Below, piece by piece: positions 61,602-64,000 of a stretch of DNA of 64,000 bases (its first letter is position 1; the number at the start of each line of letters is the position of its first letter). The translations under genes and the position numbers were made by a program. This stretch comes from Candidatus Bathyarchaeota archaeon (GTDB lineage: Archaea > Thermoproteota > Bathyarchaeia > Bathyarchaeales > Bathycorpusculaceae), in assembly GCA_963782525.1 (NCBI GenBank), contig CAWAKC010000008.1, positions 1 to 64,000 on the forward strand. The letters are read 5' to 3'. A model generated the notes under the pieces. That model made no database searches. It saw only the letters and a list, made by a program, of their open reading frames with translations, and was not told the origin of the DNA.

Positions 61602-62810
61602 CTAAAGTCCTAACTCTCCTTTGGCTTTGTCCTTTTCCTCTTGCTCTTGCTGATCCCTTTCCACTCTTGCTTTCTGCTCTTTTTGCCAAGCTCGCTCCTG
61701 CAAGATTTCCTTAATTTCGTCGAGGTTATCAAAGATAGGTCCTAAATTGGCAATTTGACCATAAACCTTCCCAAGATCCTCCTCTACGGTGGATAATTCT
61801 TTTCTCAAAACTTCGTTTGTGGTCTCAAGAGAACTTAACCGTTTTTGACTCTCCAACAAAGCATTCTCAAGTTCGATGAGTCTCTTCGCTTTAAGTCCGT
61901 TGCTGTTGCCATTGATTGATATATCCTTAATTGCCTTGAGATAGACAGTCCTGAGTTGATCTTGAGTTACGTAAGCACCTTCACCTATGGCTTTCCCTAC
62001 AATCTGCTTCCACTGGGATTCAGACGAATGTACACTTAGTCTATCTATCAGGAACTTTCTAAGACAGTGAAATCTTACCCTCTTACCATGAATTGTTACT
62101 CCTTCAATCTCCATCCCTGCCTTTTTGCAAAGGTTCTGAAGAATTAAAGACAGGTTGTCCTCTGTATCATCTAAAATCCTCATCTCGTCAGTTTTTAATT
62201 TGTTAAGCTCGAGCCAATCCTTGACAACTGGGAGAGCATCAGAGTCCAAGAATGGATACGCCTTCTCTGTCTCTTTATTAGTCATAACTTCACCCAAAGC
62301 AATAGGCGCCTCATTTTCTAACTTCGCACTTCTAAAGAAGCCGTAAGTAAAGCGCAAGAAGTCACTGCCTCTTAGCCCAACTGATTTGCCAACAAACAAT
62401 ACGTATTTCTCTTTAAGGTTAGCATACTTTGACATTCTTTCAATGTCTTCTTTGTCGAAATGATAATCTTGAGTAATTCTCGCTCTTTCTCTTAGCCTCT
62501 TAGACTCAGATTGGGTAAAGTTTAGCTTACATCTATTGTGATGGTAGAATCCTCCTACTGCCCCAAGAGCGGAGCTCGCATAGTTTGTCGATTTGCCGCT
62601 TTCGAGAATCCACTTTCTGAAGAATGCTAAAGATTTCTCAACTTTCCCATCGTTTGAGTGGGCTAACTTTTCCTCAATCAATTGTTGTCCAGTCTTTCCC
62701 GACCACTCAAGATAGAGCTTAAGAAAAGTCTTATAGCAGTTTTTTGTTGCTTGTCTTTCAATAGAATCAAGAAACTCTTTAATAACAGGATCAGTTATCT
62801 GGTAAACCAA
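61602..62810 (-). CDS. Tyrosine recombinase/integrase with C-terminal coiled coil
   Basis: GLRGSD, FHCLRK, IVGK..AY; heptad tail. Confidence 0.9.
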   Translation of the reverse strand: MVYQITDPVIKEFLDSIERQATKNCYKTFLKLYLEWSGKTGQQLIEEKLAHSNDGKVEKSLAFFRKWILESGKSTNYASSALGAVGGFYHHNRCKLNFTQSESKRLRERARITQDYHFDKEDIERMSKYANLKEKYVLFVGKSVGLRGSDFLRFTYGFFRSAKLENEAPIALGEVMTNKETEKAYPFLDSDALPVVKDWLELNKLKTDEMRILDDTEDNLSLILQNLCKKAGMEIEGVTIHGKRVRFHCLRKFLIDRLSVHSSESQWKQIVGKAIGEGAYVTQDQLRTVYLKAIKDISINGNSNGLKAKRLIELENALLESQKRLSSLETTNEVLRKELSTVEEDLGKVYGQIANLGPIFDNLDEIKEILQERAWQKEQKARVERDQQEQEEKDKAKGELGL

Positions 62811-62826
62811 ACCAATATCTCTCCGA

Positions 62827-62859
62827 TAAGACTTAAGTCCAGAAGAAATTTAAGTCTTA
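62827..62859. promoter_or_regulatory. Perfect 10-bp inverted repeat upstream of the integrase
   Basis: TAAGACTTAA-N13-TTAAGTCTTA. Confidence 0.6.
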
Positions 62860-62917
62860 CCCAAAAAAGATATGGGATAAGTAAGAACAAAATATACACA
62901 GCAAGGATTAGATTCAC

Positions 62918-63229
62918 ATGACACCTGTTGTTCAGCTTTACTGGTTAAGAGTTGTATTAGGTATAGTTGCAGGCGCAGTAACAGCGTTCATATTTGCTTT
63001 TTTCGGCGGCAAGGCTGCATTGTTAGACTTAACTACCCTCTTAAACAGCATCACCGCTGCATTACTCATCTACTTTGTAACCTACTACATCCTTAGAGGT
63101 TACTACAAGAATAAAATAGAGAAGCAATCGAAAATCCTAAGTACAGCCATAGGCATGTACTTCTTTGCTTGGCTATCCTTCTTTGTCCTATTCTACACAA
63201 TATTCGCTAGTGCCCTTGGTTTCGCATAA
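62918..63229 (+). CDS. Archaeal EMC6-like membrane protein
   Basis: YWLRVVLG..., IGMYFFAWL..FVLFYT; three TM helices. Confidence 0.65.
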   Translation: MTPVVQLYWLRVVLGIVAGAVTAFIFAFFGGKAALLDLTTLLNSITAALLIYFVTYYILRGYYKNKIEKQSKILSTAIGMYFFAWLSFFVLFYTIFASALGFA

Positions 63230-63235
63230 GAAAAT

Positions 63236-63700
63236 TTATTCTTCTTCTTTATTGGGCTGTTTCTTCAGAAAATTCGCTATTGTCGCCTGACTCTTGTCGG
63301 TTCTGAGGGTTTCGATTTTTTCTTCTCCAGCAGCTTTGCCGTTCTGGGGCGCTGGAACATCCATGCGCGCAATGATGCGCATGCAGTCTGCCCAAGCTGA
63401 GAAGTATCCGCGGTCAAAATCCCCGTGCAAACCGTTGCCCATGTGCTCGAGGAATTCTTTTCGGTAAGCATGCAGGTTTACTTTATCGGAGAAATCTACT
63501 TTGGAAAAGAATGCGTAGTCGTCAGTGGCGCTGTTCTTGCGTGAGAGGTACATTCCGTAGAGTGCACGAAAGTATCCTCTGTTCCATTCGGTCTTCTGCA
63601 TTTTCTGTTTAACTCGTTCCAACTCACGTTCAGCTTCCGCGAATTGTCTGCTAACTATGAGTTGAAAGTACCTTGTTACTAGGGCTTGTGAAATCGGCAT
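63236..63700 (-). CDS. Conserved hypothetical protein downstream of radA
   Basis: WNRGYFRALYG, FDRGYFSAW. Confidence 0.7.
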   Translation of the reverse strand: MPISQALVTRYFQLIVSRQFAEAERELERVKQKMQKTEWNRGYFRALYGMYLSRKNSATDDYAFFSKVDFSDKVNLHAYRKEFLEHMGNGLHGDFDRGYFSAWADCMRIIARMDVPAPQNGKAAGEEKIETLRTDKSQATIANFLKKQPNKEEE

Positions 63701-63702
63701 AC

Positions 63703-64000
63703 TTAGCGTCCACGCGGTTTAGTTGCTTTCTCCTCTTCAGAGACATCCTCTATTCCGTTCTCGGTGACTTTAAGGATTTCCTCGCCTTCAGGCAAATAAG
63801 GACTTGAAACTAAACGTGCGATACGTATTGGTCCATGCGAAGCTCGTCTGAGGTAGATTCGTGTGGCGCTTGTATGGCCAACGATGTTTCCGCCGATTGG
63901 ATGAATGGCGTCACCGAAGAATTGGTCGGGTTTCGCCATAACCTGGTTGGTTACGACTGCGACGGCGTTGAATGCTCGTGCCAGCGCGATGAGCTTATGC
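63703..64000 (-). CDS. radA: RadA recombinase, C-terminal part (runs off the window)
   Basis: [14 protein letters not shown]...PIGGNIVGH...[15 protein letters not shown]. Confidence 0.95.
   Translation of the reverse strand, partial: HKLIALARAFNAVAVVTNQVMAKPDQFFGDAIHPIGGNIVGHTSATRIYLRRASHGPIRIARLVSSPYLPEGEEILKVTENGIEDVSEEEKATKPRGR

Larger units (their letters stand above)
50769..62886. mobile_element. Putative ~12 kb integrated element (plasmid/provirus-like) with two tyrosine recombinases and an MCM-like helicase
   Basis: Hypothetical-rich block between core genes rqcH and EMC6-like/radA; TAAGTAAGA at 50769-50777 and 62878-62886; boundaries tentative. Confidence 0.8.

Overview
Archaeal chromosomal window, most likely Bathyarchaeia. 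This is inferred from HdrBC/MvhGA without mcr genes here, a tungsten AOR, aRqcH, RadA and frequent TTG/GTG starts. Bases 1-50.7 kb are mostly metabolic and housekeeping genes. Embedded in them are a SNF2 helicase / Cys-rich protein / degenerate Mrr operon, a lone AT-rich HEPN gene behind a tandem palindromic operator, and a truncated CysRS paralog with a rewired zinc/substrate site (MshC-like architecture). About 50.77-62.89 kb is an apparent ~12 kb integrated element between rqcH and an EMC6-like gene. It carries two unrelated tyrosine recombinases, an MCM-like helicase, a helically phased CTATAG array (putative origin), small membrane proteins and HEPN/DUF5343 cargo. Several genes are split by single-base indels or a stop, which may reflect decay or sequencing error. 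No rRNA, intact tRNA or CRISPR array was found. All calls come from reading the sequence by eye; no searches were run.
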